Shown: positions 1 through 9,677, counted from the stretch's first letter. The stretch: 64,000 nt of DNA from an uncultured Candidatus Saccharibacteria bacterium (GCA_964643955.1 CAZXUO010000003.1:19865-83864), one strand, 5' to 3'. Notes: generated by a model from the letters alone, not told the origin. Program-made: numbers and translations.

Positions 1-37
1 GTATCGGTACGAACTTGAGTTCCGCAAAGAGGCAATT

Positions 38-748
38 GTGCCATTTTATCGTCGAATGCTTGACGCTGCGCTTCAGTACGAGCATATATCAAAAACAGAA
101 TTCCTTAACGACGATGGTCTCCTCGAATACCTCGAGAGTGAGGAATTTTTGCAGATGTTTGACTACATTTCCAAGAATACATCGTTTGTGATCTGGGTTG
201 ATAGCGAGGGGCGCTTAGGAGCTATGGAATATTCAATGCGTCTCGTGCCACCTGATACGGCGATTCAGCTCAAAGACAAGCAAGCTGTTGCGACAATACG
301 ACTTATGTTATCTGAACTCAATGAAGAAATTCTTATTGAAGCACCACAGAATGCGAAGTCATTCACTGAGCTTTCAGAAGAGATAGATGCAAATCAATCA
401 AGTGCGCGTAGTAAAGGTGCTGCGGCGTCTGTCAAAGCCAATCTGAATAATGCACGCGCGCAGGCGAGTCTCGTGTATAACGAGACTAAGAGCTACGGTG
501 CTGCGGCATTTACGCTTGGGGCATGCGTAAAGAAACCAGGTACTCTTTTTGAAGATGATGGACTATTTAAGATGATTGATGCTGCTTCCGAGGTAGCAGG
601 AGGCGTGCCGCTTATGTGCGCGTCTACCAGGACTGCGTATGCGATTTCTGCTCCGCTACCGGGTTCTGATGGCTATAGTTGGTGCGTCGATAGTACCGGT
701 GCTTCGCAACAAATCCTCGGAGTGCTTAAAGGGACCTCGTGTCGCTAG
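38..748 (+). CDS. Hypothetical protein with four C-terminal Cys; frame is open to the window edge and may be 5'-partial
   Basis: 236-aa ORF with normal composition. No stop upstream in frame from position 2. No recognisable motif. Confidence 0.4.
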   Translation: MPFYRRMLDAALQYEHISKTEFLNDDGLLEYLESEEFLQMFDYISKNTSFVIWVDSEGRLGAMEYSMRLVPPDTAIQLKDKQAVATIRLMLSELNEEILIEAPQNAKSFTELSEEIDANQSSARSKGAAASVKANLNNARAQASLVYNETKSYGAAAFTLGACVKKPGTLFEDDGLFKMIDAASEVAGGVPLMCASTRTAYAISAPLPGSDGYSWCVDSTGASQQILGVLKGTSCR

Positions 749-783
749 TGCCTGAGTGATTCTATATTTGCTATGCTGTCGGT

Positions 784-1578
784 ATGCAGGATTCTGATAC
801 TGTGTCGCCGACGCTGCTCGTGATATTTAGGAGCTGTTCAGTGGTCGCTTCGTACCATGGACAGAAGCGGTTTCTTGATGTGCCAAAATCCGAGCTCTTG
901 CTCGGATGCTTTCGCTCGCTCGTTACTTCAATTGCGTATGCGCGTGAAAAAACGACGTGGAATATTACGCTTGCGCTCATTGATGATCACTCAGATGAGG
1001 CTGTGGTGAAAGAATTGCAACAGATCGCGCGCGCAAGCGGAACCACGTTTTCATTTGAAGCGCTAACCGAAACAACGGGGAATGGCGCGTCGCTTGCAGC
1101 GTGCTACGCGTATGCTGACACTGCAAGCGCAGACCTGCTCTACTTTGTCGAGGATGATTATTTGCATAGTGAGGGCGCACTTATTGAGATGCTTGAGGCG
1201 TACCAATATATGCGCATGCGTTTGGGCCAGGAGGTGGTCGTGCATCCGTATGATTCGCCCGATCGCTACGCAGCGCCGTACCTGTCGTTTATTTTTTCGT
1301 CGAGTGAGCGCTACTGGCGCACGGTGCGGCATACGACTGGTACTTTTTTAGTATCGAAAGATATTTTTACGAAGTACCGCGCAAAATACACTGATTTCTC
1401 AACTGAAGGCGAGCGTGGAATTATTGAAGACGGGACGATCAATACTATATATGAGGAAGTTCCATGTGTTGCTCCAATGCCGTCGCTTGCTGTGCATATG
1501 GAAAGTCCTGCTCATATTCCACCGTTTGTCCCGTGGAGGATGTGGTGGGAGCGTGCTGTCGAGAAAAAGGGTGAGTAG
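784..1578 (+). CDS. Putative family-2-like glycosyltransferase (nucleotide-diphospho-sugar transferase fold)
   Basis: 'LALIDDHSDE' and 'YFVEDDY' segments resemble the GT-A DxD/'DDGS' motifs. Upstream 'TTTGCTATGCT' −10-like element lies 7 nt before the ATG. Confidence 0.4.
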   Translation: MQDSDTVSPTLLVIFRSCSVVASYHGQKRFLDVPKSELLLGCFRSLVTSIAYAREKTTWNITLALIDDHSDEAVVKELQQIARASGTTFSFEALTETTGNGASLAACYAYADTASADLLYFVEDDYLHSEGALIEMLEAYQYMRMRLGQEVVVHPYDSPDRYAAPYLSFIFSSSERYWRTVRHTTGTFLVSKDIFTKYRAKYTDFSTEGERGIIEDGTINTIYEEVPCVAPMPSLAVHMESPAHIPPFVPWRMWWERAVEKKGE

Positions 1579-1613
1579 CACCCATGCAGCCGTGCTAGGA
1601 TAATGATACCTAT

Positions 1614-2174
1614 ATGAGTACTCCGACAAAGGTACTTCTCTGGAGTAGTAATCTCTGGCAGCTCGGCGCCGGTATGCTCGGCCCGCTCTTTGCTGTTTTT
1701 GCAGAGGAAGTCGGTGGGAATATTCTTGATATTTCGTGGGTATGGGCGGTGTATCTCATCGTGACGGGCATAGGTATCGTCCTCGTGGGGAGGATGGGTG
1801 ATGCGCGCGGACATTTTCCGCTCATGATGCTCGGCTACGGCCTCTCTTCTCTCGCAACATTTGCGTACCTGCTTGTTGATTCGCCACTTGATCTGATGGT
1901 GGTACAGATTGTCCAAGGTGTCGCGCTTGCGCTTTCGCAGCCGACGTGGCTTGCACTCTACGATCGCTTTTCGGGAGACGGTTCGCGCGATGGGTATTCG
2001 TGGGGACTTTCTTCAGGAGAGGGTTATATCTTCTCAGGACTCGCCATCATTGCAGGAGGTTCTATCGTGTATTATTCTTCGTTTGAAATACTGTTTATAG
2101 TGATGGGTACGATACTTGCACTTGCGACAGCATACCAAGCGCTCCTCGGGCGGTATCTCACAAAAAATATATGA
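1614..2174 (+). CDS. Half-size MFS-like membrane protein (6 predicted TM; N-terminal half of a major facilitator)
   Basis: Hydrophobic helices and a 'GRMGDARG' loop resembling the MFS TM2–TM3 motif. Only 186 aa, about half a normal MFS. Confidence 0.4.
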   Translation: MSTPTKVLLWSSNLWQLGAGMLGPLFAVFAEEVGGNILDISWVWAVYLIVTGIGIVLVGRMGDARGHFPLMMLGYGLSSLATFAYLLVDSPLDLMVVQIVQGVALALSQPTWLALYDRFSGDGSRDGYSWGLSSGEGYIFSGLAIIAGGSIVYYSSFEILFIVMGTILALATAYQALLGRYLTKNI

Positions 2175-2641
2175 GCGTCAAAACACTTCTCTTTTTATAT
2201 AAACCGAGTGAAAAAAAGATTCTGCTTGCGATGAAAAAGCGTGGGTTTGGTGAAGGCAAGTGGAATGGCGTCGGCGGGAAAGTAGAGGTGGGCGAGAGTA
2301 TTGAAGAGGCAGTTGCGCGTGAAGCGCTCGAGGAAATCGGCGTGGTCGTCGATCCTGACGTGCTCAAGAAGAAAGGTGTCATTCACTTTTCGTTTGAAGA
2401 CAAGCCCGAGTTTACGCAGGATGTACATGTATATTTTGCAACGCGCTGGGAAGAGGAGCCGACCGAGAGCGAAGAGATGAAGCCTGAGTGGTATGACATC
2501 GACGAGATTCCGTATAGCTCGATGTGGATTGATGATCAGTATTGGCTCCCGATGGTCCTCGACGGAGATACCATCACGGCGCATTTTCATTTTAATAACG
2601 CGGGTACGGAGGTGCTCGATATGGAGATCAATAAGGACTAG
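2171..2641 (+). CDS. NUDIX hydrolase (MutT-like)
   Basis: Nudix box 'GGKVEVGESIEEAVAREALEEIGV' (GX5EX7REUXEEXGU). Start overlaps the previous stop (ATGA). Confidence 0.8.
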   Translation: MSVKTLLFLYKPSEKKILLAMKKRGFGEGKWNGVGGKVEVGESIEEAVAREALEEIGVVVDPDVLKKKGVIHFSFEDKPEFTQDVHVYFATRWEEEPTESEEMKPEWYDIDEIPYSSMWIDDQYWLPMVLDGDTITAHFHFNNAGTEVLDMEINKD

Positions 2642-2649
2642 TCATATTT

Positions 2650-3264
2650 ATGCGTCATACCTTTACGCGTGCGGAGAAATGGATCGGTCTTCTCACGTTT
2701 GCATATCTTTTTGCCGCAGGCGCATATTTCGCACGTGATTTCAATCTTGAATTCGTTATCTACGTCGGTGTCATTGTGGCAATTCTCGGTTTCATATTTG
2801 CGACGCTCGCCGTCACGCGTTTCCCTGCATACCTGCTCGCACTCGTGAGTATCTGGGGACTCATGCATGTGCTCGGCGGTGGATTGCCGGTGGATGGTGG
2901 CGTACTTTTCGGATGGCGCATCTATCCGTTCCTCGATTACGGCGGAGAGTTTTATGTATTGAAATACGATCAGGTCGTGCACTTCTATCTGTATGGCGTG
3001 GTCGCGCTCATGTTTCATCATCTTCTGCGCACCATTTTCATGGTCCGTGGGCAGACATTGCTTGTTGCGATTGTGGCGATTATGGCGTCGCTCGGCGTGA
3101 GCGCGATGAATGAGATTATGGAGTTTCTCATTGCTGTGACGGTGGAGCGCAATGGTGTTGGTGGGTATGAAAATGCGATGCTTGATCTCATTTTCAATTT
3201 CTCAGGTGCACTACTTGCGGTGGCGGCGTATGAGGTCGCGCAGAAATTGAAAAGCCGGCGATAA
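2650..3264 (+). CDS. Integral membrane protein (DUF2238-like)
   Basis: 204 aa with multiple hydrophobic helices. No catalytic motif recognised. Confidence 0.45.
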   Translation: MRHTFTRAEKWIGLLTFAYLFAAGAYFARDFNLEFVIYVGVIVAILGFIFATLAVTRFPAYLLALVSIWGLMHVLGGGLPVDGGVLFGWRIYPFLDYGGEFYVLKYDQVVHFYLYGVVALMFHHLLRTIFMVRGQTLLVAIVAIMASLGVSAMNEIMEFLIAVTVERNGVGGYENAMLDLIFNFSGALLAVAAYEVAQKLKSRR

Positions 3265-3283
3265 TATACTACGATAGCGGCAC

Positions 3284-3356
3284 GCCACCGTAGCTCAGTT
3301 GGTAGAGCATTGCATTCGTAACGCAAAGGTCCGCAGTTCGATCCTGCGCGGTGGCT
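3284..3356 (+). tRNA. tRNA-Thr (anticodon CGU)
   Basis: Cloverleaf: acceptor gccaccg/cggtggc; D-arm gctc-agttggta-gagc; anticodon loop ttCGTaa with U33 and A37; T-arm cgcag-ttcgatc-ctgcg. CCA not encoded. Confidence 0.85.
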
Positions 3357-3363
3357 CAAACTT

Positions 3364-3624
3364 ATGAATCCCGAATCACTAGGACAAACACCCGAACATG
3401 ATGTGCTCAGCATCAGTCCTGATGAATTTCGTGCGATGGCTTTGCGTGATCGTGAAGGCACTCGTCTTTTGGTACGCCACGCGTTACTGCGCATCAGCAA
3501 CATTCTTGATGAGATGCCCCAACGTTTTTCAGAAGCAACAGCGGCAGAAATGCAGGCGACACGGGCAGACCTTAAGTCTCGAGCGGATGAACTTGCCGCG
3601 CTTGCTCGCACGTTGGAGCATTAG
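3364..3624 (+). CDS. Small hypothetical protein (86 aa) between the two tRNA-Thr genes
   Basis: Intact ORF of ordinary amino-acid composition starting 8 nt after the tRNA. No homology recognised. Confidence 0.35.
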   Translation: MNPESLGQTPEHDVLSISPDEFRAMALRDREGTRLLVRHALLRISNILDEMPQRFSEATAAEMQATRADLKSRADELAALARTLEH

Positions 3625-3691
3625 AAGTTTTTTGCTATGCTAGCCGAGTCGCACACTTTCCTTCGCCACCGCTTGTGAGAGTTGTGTGATG

Positions 3692-3767
3692 CCCGTCGCA
3701 GAAATGTTCATTCACCCTCAGGGCCCTACCCTTGGGGCGAGCCGTACTCCACATTTTCTGCGACGGG
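3692..3767 (+). other. Long-stem structured element (15-bp stem closing a ~45-nt interior) immediately 5' of tRNA-Thr(GGU)
   Basis: 5' arm cccgtcgcagaaatg (3692–3706) pairs with 3' arm cattttctgcgacggg (3752–3767) with one bulged T. The interior is GC-rich and palindromic ('agggccct', 'ccttgggg'). A 'TTTTTTGCTATGCT' promoter-like motif sits at 3627–3640. Confidence 0.3.
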
Positions 3768-3775
3768 CCCCTTTT

Positions 3776-3851
3776 GCCAATGTAGCTCAGTCGGTAGAGC
3801 ACGTCCATGGTAAGGACGAGGTCGTCGGTTCAATCCCGACCATTGGCTCCA
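3776..3851 (+). tRNA. tRNA-Thr (anticodon GGU), CCA encoded
   Basis: Acceptor gccaatg/cattggc; D-arm gctc-agtcggta-gagc; anticodon stem cgtcc/ggacg with loop atGGTaa; T-arm gtcgg-ttcaatc-ccgac; discriminator T then CCA. Confidence 0.85.
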
Positions 3852-3941
3852 TTAATTTGTACACAGGTGTGCAAATTCTCTGGTGTGTGTAACGTATGAT
3901 TGGTGTAATTGGTAGGGTTTTAATATCTTATTTTTAATTAC

Positions 3942-5375
3942 ATGCGTACGTTCAAAGTCGCACTTTTATTTGTAGGTTTATTTCTTTTCGTTTCGCCGGT
4001 ATTCGCACAAAGTAGCACAACACAGGCACAGATTGATGCGCTTCTCGCGCAAATCCGTGTCCTCCAAGAACGACTTGCGCAGATGCAAGGAAGTATGTCC
4101 TTAAAAGGATGTGTTGATCTTTCATATAATCTCTATGCTGATCGCACTGACGCGCAGACAGGCGGAGAGGTCTCGAAACTTCAAATGTTTCTCGCGCAAA
4201 CACCGCATATCTATCCATCTGGTCTTATCACAGGATATTTTGGTCCAGCCACTGAAGTAGCGGTACAAAAATGGCAGGCAGCTGCGGGTATTGTTTCGTC
4301 CGGTTCTCCAGAGACGACGGGGTATGGATATGTTGGTCCGAAGACTCGCTCGCTGATGTCGTGCGGTTCACCTATACCACAGACTATTCCTCCAGTAGTA
4401 ACCACACCTCCTATAGTAGTGTCGGAATCCTGTACCATTACCGCGAGCAAGACGAGCGTAGGGGTCGGAGAATCATATACGATCTCATGGACCACTCGAA
4501 ACATTGATGATCCCGTCATGTACGAGGAGGTCAAAGCTGGTGGTACTGTGGAAATAAATAAGCGGGGCTCGAAAGAATTTACGACGCCGTATGTTGGCAC
4601 CGATACGTATCAAATCGGCGCAGGTGGACTCAGTGCACCATATAGACCTCTTTGTTCGGTGTCGGTAACTGCTTCGGATGACGCAGTCGCAGAGATCGGC
4701 GAGGTGGATATTTCCGACAGCCGGGCACTTGAGGGAGAGATTGTGGAGTTTGAGTGGAGTATAAAAAATCCTGCTGGATCAGTGAAAATTGTCTTGAGAG
4801 AGTATGGGCGTGCTGACATTCCTGTGTATAGGGGAAGTGCGCAAGAGAGGGGACAATATAATTGGTCTGCCACACTTCCGTCAGGTAGATCAGTCTTTGG
4901 AGGCAGTGCGTATCTTGAGCTGTATAACGAAATGGGTCAAAAGATTGAGGAAGAACATATCTCTGCTCTTGCTATAAACAAGTCTTCTGATGGTCGTGAT
5001 CCTGACGTTACGGTTATTAGCCCAGACAGCGACCTGTCTGTTGGAAGAGGAGGTCAATTTTACATCAAGTGGAAGACGGATGATGTGGATCCGATGGATT
5101 ACATAGGATTCTCTCTTGTCGGCAGTGGCGGTGAGTATCCTGCAGGAGGTGGGTACTATGCAATTAATGGTACGACAGATTATGGAACAGTACAGCAAAA
5201 TGTACCAGACGGTTCTTATCGTGTGCGCGTATACGCATATCAAATAAGTTGTATGCCGCCAGAGTACGCACAAAGGTCATATGAAGAGAAAAGTGATTTC
5301 TCTCGGATGACAATGTGTCAAGATAGTCAGTATGGGTACGGTGATAGTGAAGGAATGATCACCGTTTCTCAGTAA
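3942..5375 (+). CDS. Secreted cell-surface protein: signal peptide, coiled-coil, PG_binding_1-like domain and Ig-like beta repeats
   Basis: N-terminal 'MRTFKVALLFVGLFLFVSPVFAQ' signal. 'GEVSKLQMFLAQ…GYFGPATEVAVQKWQAAAGI' matches the putative peptidoglycan-binding domain signature. Remaining sequence is Thr/Ser/Gly-rich beta-type. Confidence 0.6.
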   Translation: MRTFKVALLFVGLFLFVSPVFAQSSTTQAQIDALLAQIRVLQERLAQMQGSMSLKGCVDLSYNLYADRTDAQTGGEVSKLQMFLAQTPHIYPSGLITGYFGPATEVAVQKWQAAAGIVSSGSPETTGYGYVGPKTRSLMSCGSPIPQTIPPVVTTPPIVVSESCTITASKTSVGVGESYTISWTTRNIDDPVMYEEVKAGGTVEINKRGSKEFTTPYVGTDTYQIGAGGLSAPYRPLCSVSVTASDDAVAEIGEVDISDSRALEGEIVEFEWSIKNPAGSVKIVLREYGRADIPVYRGSAQERGQYNWSATLPSGRSVFGGSAYLELYNEMGQKIEEEHISALAINKSSDGRDPDVTVISPDSDLSVGRGGQFYIKWKTDDVDPMDYIGFSLVGSGGEYPAGGGYYAINGTTDYGTVQQNVPDGSYRVRVYAYQISCMPPEYAQRSYEEKSDFSRMTMCQDSQYGYGDSEGMITVSQ

Positions 5376-5383
5376 TACTCCGT

Positions 5384-5427
5384 AAACACACCTCTCGCGC
5401 TATGCGCGAGAGGTGTGTTTATTTTTG
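5384..5427 (+). terminator. Rho-independent terminator
   Basis: Perfect 17-bp inverted repeat aaacacacctctcgcgc / gcgcgagaggtgtgttt followed by ATTTTTG. Confidence 0.7.
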
Positions 5428-5441
5428 CTATACTGCTCTCC

Positions 5442-6320
5442 ATGAAGCCGGAAGACGTACAGAAACGTGTAGCGGAAATTGAGGCGGCAATGCTTGCGCC
5501 GGATTTTTGGAATGATTCTCGAAAAGCACAAGCACTCATTAAAGAGCTTCAAGAACTCAAGGAGCAAGCTGCTGGAAAAGGAAAATATGATCGCAACAAC
5601 GCGATTGTGACTATTGTGGCCGGCGCCGGTGGCGATGATGCCGAAGATTTTGCGCGCATGCTCGTGGAGATGTATCAGCGGTACGCTGAGGGGCGCAACT
5701 GGAGCGTCGGCATACTTGATGAAAATAGGAATGATCACAATGGGTATCGAAACATCGTACTAGAGATTGCAGGGAAGAATGCGTACGGGACATTGAAGCG
5801 TGAGTCGGGTGTGCATCGCCTCGTGCGCATGTCGCCATTTAATGCGTCGGGCAAACGGCAAACATCGTTTGTATTGGTCGAAGTGTCGCCAAAATTTGAA
5901 TCGCAAGAGGCTGCGGTTTTGAATGAAGATGATCTTGAGGTGTCATTTGCACGCTCGGGTGGCGCGGGCGGCCAAAATGTAAACAAACGTGAGACAGCGG
6001 TACGTATCGTACACAAGCCGACCAATATTTCTGTGAATGTTTCCTCTGAACGGAGCCAACAGCAGAATAAAGAGCGCGCGCTCGCGCTCATCGCGGGCAA
6101 GCTCTATGCTTTCGAGGAGGCGCAGCGCGCGCGTGAACAGCAGGGTCTTGCCGTGGAAAAGAGCGTAAAAATCGAATGGGGAAGCCAAATACGTTCGTAT
6201 GTCCTCCACCCATATCAGCTTGTAAAAGATCATCGTACCGACGTCGAGGTCCGTGATACGGATCGGGTGCTCGGAGGAGATATTTCGATGTTCCTCGACG
6301 CAGAAGCGCAGGTGGAGTAA
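5442..6320 (+). CDS. prfB: Peptide chain release factor 2, short form with a truncated N-terminal domain 1 and no programmed +1 frameshift
   Basis: SPF tripeptide ('[15 protein letters not shown]') and GGQ motif ('[18 protein letters not shown]'). '[24 protein letters not shown]' matches the RF2 domain-2 start. The ATG at 5442 is preferred over the tool's GTG at 5415, which lies inside the terminator hairpin. Confidence 0.85.
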   Translation: MKPEDVQKRVAEIEAAMLAPDFWNDSRKAQALIKELQELKEQAAGKGKYDRNNAIVTIVAGAGGDDAEDFARMLVEMYQRYAEGRNWSVGILDENRNDHNGYRNIVLEIAGKNAYGTLKRESGVHRLVRMSPFNASGKRQTSFVLVEVSPKFESQEAAVLNEDDLEVSFARSGGAGGQNVNKRETAVRIVHKPTNISVNVSSERSQQQNKERALALIAGKLYAFEEAQRAREQQGLAVEKSVKIEWGSQIRSYVLHPYQLVKDHRTDVEVRDTDRVLGGDISMFLDAEAQVE

Positions 6321-6349
6321 AATAGTCAGGTTACAAGGTGTGCACGTTT

Positions 6350-7033
6350 ATGATCTATTTCGACAACGTATCAAAGGTATACAACAATAGAGGATCCGTG
6401 GCACTTGAAGATGTCACGTTCCAAGTTGCACCGGGTGAATTTGTCTCCATTGTCGGTCATTCAGGAGCGGGAAAGACGACGCTCATAAAGATGCTTATCG
6501 TTGAAGATCGTCCGACGTCCGGCACGGTCTTTTTTGAGTCGCTCGATGTGCACAGTATTCCGCACGGTCGTCTTCCACAGTATCGTCGCAAGATTGGTAC
6601 GGTCTTTCAGGATTTCAAACTGCTCCCGCACAAGACGGCGTATGAAAATATCGCATTTGCCATGGAGGCAAATGGTCGCACAGAAGAGGAGATTATAGAA
6701 AATGTGCCGCAGGCACTTGAGCTCGTCGATCTTGCCGACAAGATGGATAATTTCCCCGGAGAGCTCTCAGGTGGCGAGAAGCAGCGGGTCGCCATCGCGC
6801 GCGCGATCGTCAATCAGCCCGAGCTCATCATCGCCGACGAGCCGACCGGCAACCTTGATCCGATCGCAACGTACGAGGTGGTGCAGATTTTGAAGAAGAT
6901 CAATGATCTCGGCACGACTGTCATTATGACGACGCACAATAAAGGGGTGATTGACGCACTCGGACGCCGCGTGATCACGATGGATGGAGGTCGAATTGTT
7001 CGCGATGACAATGAGGGCCGGTACGTGCTTTAA
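6350..7033 (+). CDS. ftsE: Cell-division ABC ATPase FtsE
   Basis: Walker A 'GHSGAGKTT', signature 'LSGGEKQRVAIARA', Walker B 'LIIADEPTGNLD'. Conserved pairing with the downstream ftsX. Confidence 0.85.
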   Translation: MIYFDNVSKVYNNRGSVALEDVTFQVAPGEFVSIVGHSGAGKTTLIKMLIVEDRPTSGTVFFESLDVHSIPHGRLPQYRRKIGTVFQDFKLLPHKTAYENIAFAMEANGRTEEEIIENVPQALELVDLADKMDNFPGELSGGEKQRVAIARAIVNQPELIIADEPTGNLDPIATYEVVQILKKINDLGTTVIMTTHNKGVIDALGRRVITMDGGRIVRDDNEGRYVL

Positions 7034-7987
7034 TTGAACAGATATATGTGGACCACATTCAAACGAATAGTGCGGGGAGGCGTGATTAATTTTTGGCGCA
7101 ATGCGTTTGTTTCTTTTGCTTCTGTTCTCGTGATGACCATTGCGCTCTTTATGGTCGCAACGACGATGTTCAATAACCACTCGCTTGAAGCAGCGCTCGG
7201 AGAGCTTCAAGAAAAAGTTGATATCAATATTTATTTCCTCACGACAGCTCCCGAGGAGCGTATTATGGCGCTGAAGGGCGAGCTTGAGAGTTTCCCGGAG
7301 GTTGCTGAAGTGACATACACGTCGCGAGAACAGGCACTTGAAAATTTTAAAGCGCGTCACATCGACGATGAGCTCACGATTCAGGCGCTCAATGAGCTCG
7401 GTGACAACCCGCTTGGAGCAGTGCTCTCGGTTCGCGCTCGCGAGACCTCACAGTACGAGGGCATTGCCACTTACCTCGAGGAGCAGCGTGCTGCAGCTTC
7501 CGCTGAAACCGCGGTGATTGATCGTGTAAATTATTTCCAAAACAAATCAGCGATCGAGCGACTCACCGAAATCATCAACGACACACGCGACAACAACACC
7601 ATGAAGACGATTTTCCTCGTCATCGTCGCGCTCATTGTCGCCTTCAATACTATCCGCCTTGCGATTCACAATTCTCGTGAAGAAATCGGTGTGATGCGAC
7701 TCGTTGGTGCGTCAAATACGTATATCAGCAGTCCATTTATCATTACGGGTATCATGCAGGGTCTCATTGCGGGCGTGCTCGTACTTATTTTGCTCTATCC
7801 TGCACTCATCTTTTACGAAGGTGCGTTCTATCCATTCCCATTCTTTGATGAAGTAGGGTACGACGGACTCCTGTTCAATCATTTTGTGAATGATTTTCCA
7901 AAGATCTTCTTTACGATCGTTGGTAGTGGCATTCTTATTGGTGCAGTTTCAAGTTTCCTCGCGGTACGGCGATATCTTCATATCTAA
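7034..7987 (+). CDS. ftsX: Cell-division permease-like FtsX (TTG start at 7034; ATG alternative at 7046)
   Basis: N-terminal TM, large extracytoplasmic domain, then three C-terminal TM helices. Immediately follows ftsE. Confidence 0.7.
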   Translation: MNRYMWTTFKRIVRGGVINFWRNAFVSFASVLVMTIALFMVATTMFNNHSLEAALGELQEKVDINIYFLTTAPEERIMALKGELESFPEVAEVTYTSREQALENFKARHIDDELTIQALNELGDNPLGAVLSVRARETSQYEGIATYLEEQRAAASAETAVIDRVNYFQNKSAIERLTEIINDTRDNNTMKTIFLVIVALIVAFNTIRLAIHNSREEIGVMRLVGASNTYISSPFIITGIMQGLIAGVLVLILLYPALIFYEGAFYPFPFFDEVGYDGLLFNHFVNDFPKIFFTIVGSGILIGAVSSFLAVRRYLHI

Positions 7988-7990
7988 CCT

Positions 7991-9673
7991 ATGGCGCGCG
8001 CACAACGAACGACACGGAGCACCAACAAACACAGGAAATACATCTTCATCGTCGGCGGTGTCATGTCGGGAGTCGGCAAAGGTATTGCCGCTTCTTCTAT
8101 TGCGCATATCCTTCAGGCGCGCGGGCTTGTCGTGACGGCGATGAAGATCGATCCGTATATCAACGTGGACGCAGGTACGATGAATCCGACCGAGCACGGA
8201 GAAGTGTTTGTGCTTAAGGATGGCCTCGAGACGGATCAGGACATGGGTAACTATGAGCGTTTTCTCAATATCGACATTCCGAGCGCCAACTACATGACGA
8301 CCGGCAGCGTGTACCAGGAAGTCATCCGTCGTGAACGCAACCTCGAGTACGGAGGCAAGAATGTGGAGGTAGTACCCGATATTCCGCTTGAAGTTATCCG
8401 TCGCATCACAAAGGCGGGCGAGCTCGCGAAGGCACATGTGGTGATCACCGAGATCGGCGGCACCGTCGGTGAGTATCAAAATATTCTTTTCCTCGAGGCG
8501 GTCCGTATGATGAAGAGTCGTGCGCCGCAGAGTGTCGCCACGGTGCTCGTGAGCTACTTGCCGGTGCCGGGTTCGATCGGTGAGATGAAAACCAAGCCGA
8601 CGCAGTATGCGGCGCGTACGCTCAATAGCGCGGGTGTTTTTGCAGATGTGATCATCGCGCGCGCACCTGTCGCGATTGATCAGAAACGAAAAGAAAAAAT
8701 TGCGACGTTCTGCAACGTATCACCGGAGCATGTGATTGCTGCGCCTGATGTTGCAAGTATCTACGATGTGCCGATTAATTTTGAAAAAGACAATCTCTCG
8801 AAAAAACTCTGCGATCTGCTTTCGATAAAGAAGTGTAAAGGTACGGCGGATCTTGCTCCGTGGAAATCGTTTGTTGCGAAGTCAAAGAATACAAAGGGAA
8901 GCGTGAAGATCGCCGTGGTAGGGAAGTATTTTGATTCAGGTGACTTCGTCCTCTCGGACGTGTATATCTCAGTACTTGAGGCCATCAAGTCTGCGGCGTA
9001 CCACGAAGGGGTGAAGCCTGAGATTGACTACCTCTCGTCGGTGAAATTTGAAAAAGGATTGATGCCACTCTCGACACTCGACCATTACGACGGGGTACTT
9101 ATTCCTGGCGGATTCGGTTCAACGGGTATTGAGGGAAAAATAAAAGTGATTGAGTATGTGCGAAAGAAAAAGATTCCATACTTCGGCATTTGCTACGGCA
9201 TGCAGCTTGCGGTCGTTGAGTATGCGCGCAATATGTTGGGACTGAAGGGAGCATCGACTGGTGAGATTGATCCGAAGTCAAAGTATCTCGTGGTGGATGT
9301 GATGCTCGAACAAAAAGAGAAGATCGCAAAGAATGAGATGGGAGGTACGATGCGACTCGGTGAATATCCCGCGCATCTTGCAAAAGGAAGTATCGCCCGC
9401 GCGGCGTACGGAAAGGATGTCATCATTGAGCGCCACCGTCATCGCTATGAGGTGAATCCCGAGTATGTCGAGCGCCTCCGCGCGGGCGGCGCCATTTTCT
9501 CAGGCACCTCTCCAGATGGTCGTCTCATGGAAATCATGGAGCTCCCAAAAGAAAAACACCCATTTTTTGTAGGTGTCCAGTTTCATCCAGAATTTCACGC
9601 GCGACCACTTGCTCCGCATCCGATCTTTCGAGCGTTCATAGAAGCGTCGAAGAAAAACAGGAAAGTTAAATAG
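7991..9673 (+). CDS. pyrG: CTP synthase
   Basis: 'KYIFIVGGVMSGVGKGIAASS' N-terminal synthetase motif. C-terminal class-I glutamine amidotransferase 'GILIPGGFG…GICYGMQ' with the catalytic Cys. 560 aa. Confidence 0.95.
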   Translation: MARAQRTTRSTNKHRKYIFIVGGVMSGVGKGIAASSIAHILQARGLVVTAMKIDPYINVDAGTMNPTEHGEVFVLKDGLETDQDMGNYERFLNIDIPSANYMTTGSVYQEVIRRERNLEYGGKNVEVVPDIPLEVIRRITKAGELAKAHVVITEIGGTVGEYQNILFLEAVRMMKSRAPQSVATVLVSYLPVPGSIGEMKTKPTQYAARTLNSAGVFADVIIARAPVAIDQKRKEKIATFCNVSPEHVIAAPDVASIYDVPINFEKDNLSKKLCDLLSIKKCKGTADLAPWKSFVAKSKNTKGSVKIAVVGKYFDSGDFVLSDVYISVLEAIKSAAYHEGVKPEIDYLSSVKFEKGLMPLSTLDHYDGVLIPGGFGSTGIEGKIKVIEYVRKKKIPYFGICYGMQLAVVEYARNMLGLKGASTGEIDPKSKYLVVDVMLEQKEKIAKNEMGGTMRLGEYPAHLAKGSIARAAYGKDVIIERHRHRYEVNPEYVERLRAGGAIFSGTSPDGRLMEIMELPKEKHPFFVGVQFHPEFHARPLAPHPIFRAFIEASKKNRKVK

Positions 9674-9677
9674 AAAA

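Noticed and set aside
3018-3611. 197-aa minus-strand ORF across the DUF2238-like gene 3' end and tRNA-Thr
   Set aside because: Overlaps a tRNA and a motif-bearing plus-strand gene; Ser/Arg/Ala-rich antisense composition.
3686-3892. 68-aa ORF
   Set aside because: Overlaps tRNA-Thr(GGU) and the structured element; coding is implausible.
5384-5444. Programmed +1 frameshift site or longer N-terminus for prfB (tool ORF starts at GTG 5415)
   Set aside because: The upstream sequence is the terminator hairpin of the preceding gene and no CUU-UGA-type shifty site or upstream frame exists. The ATG at 5442 was chosen.
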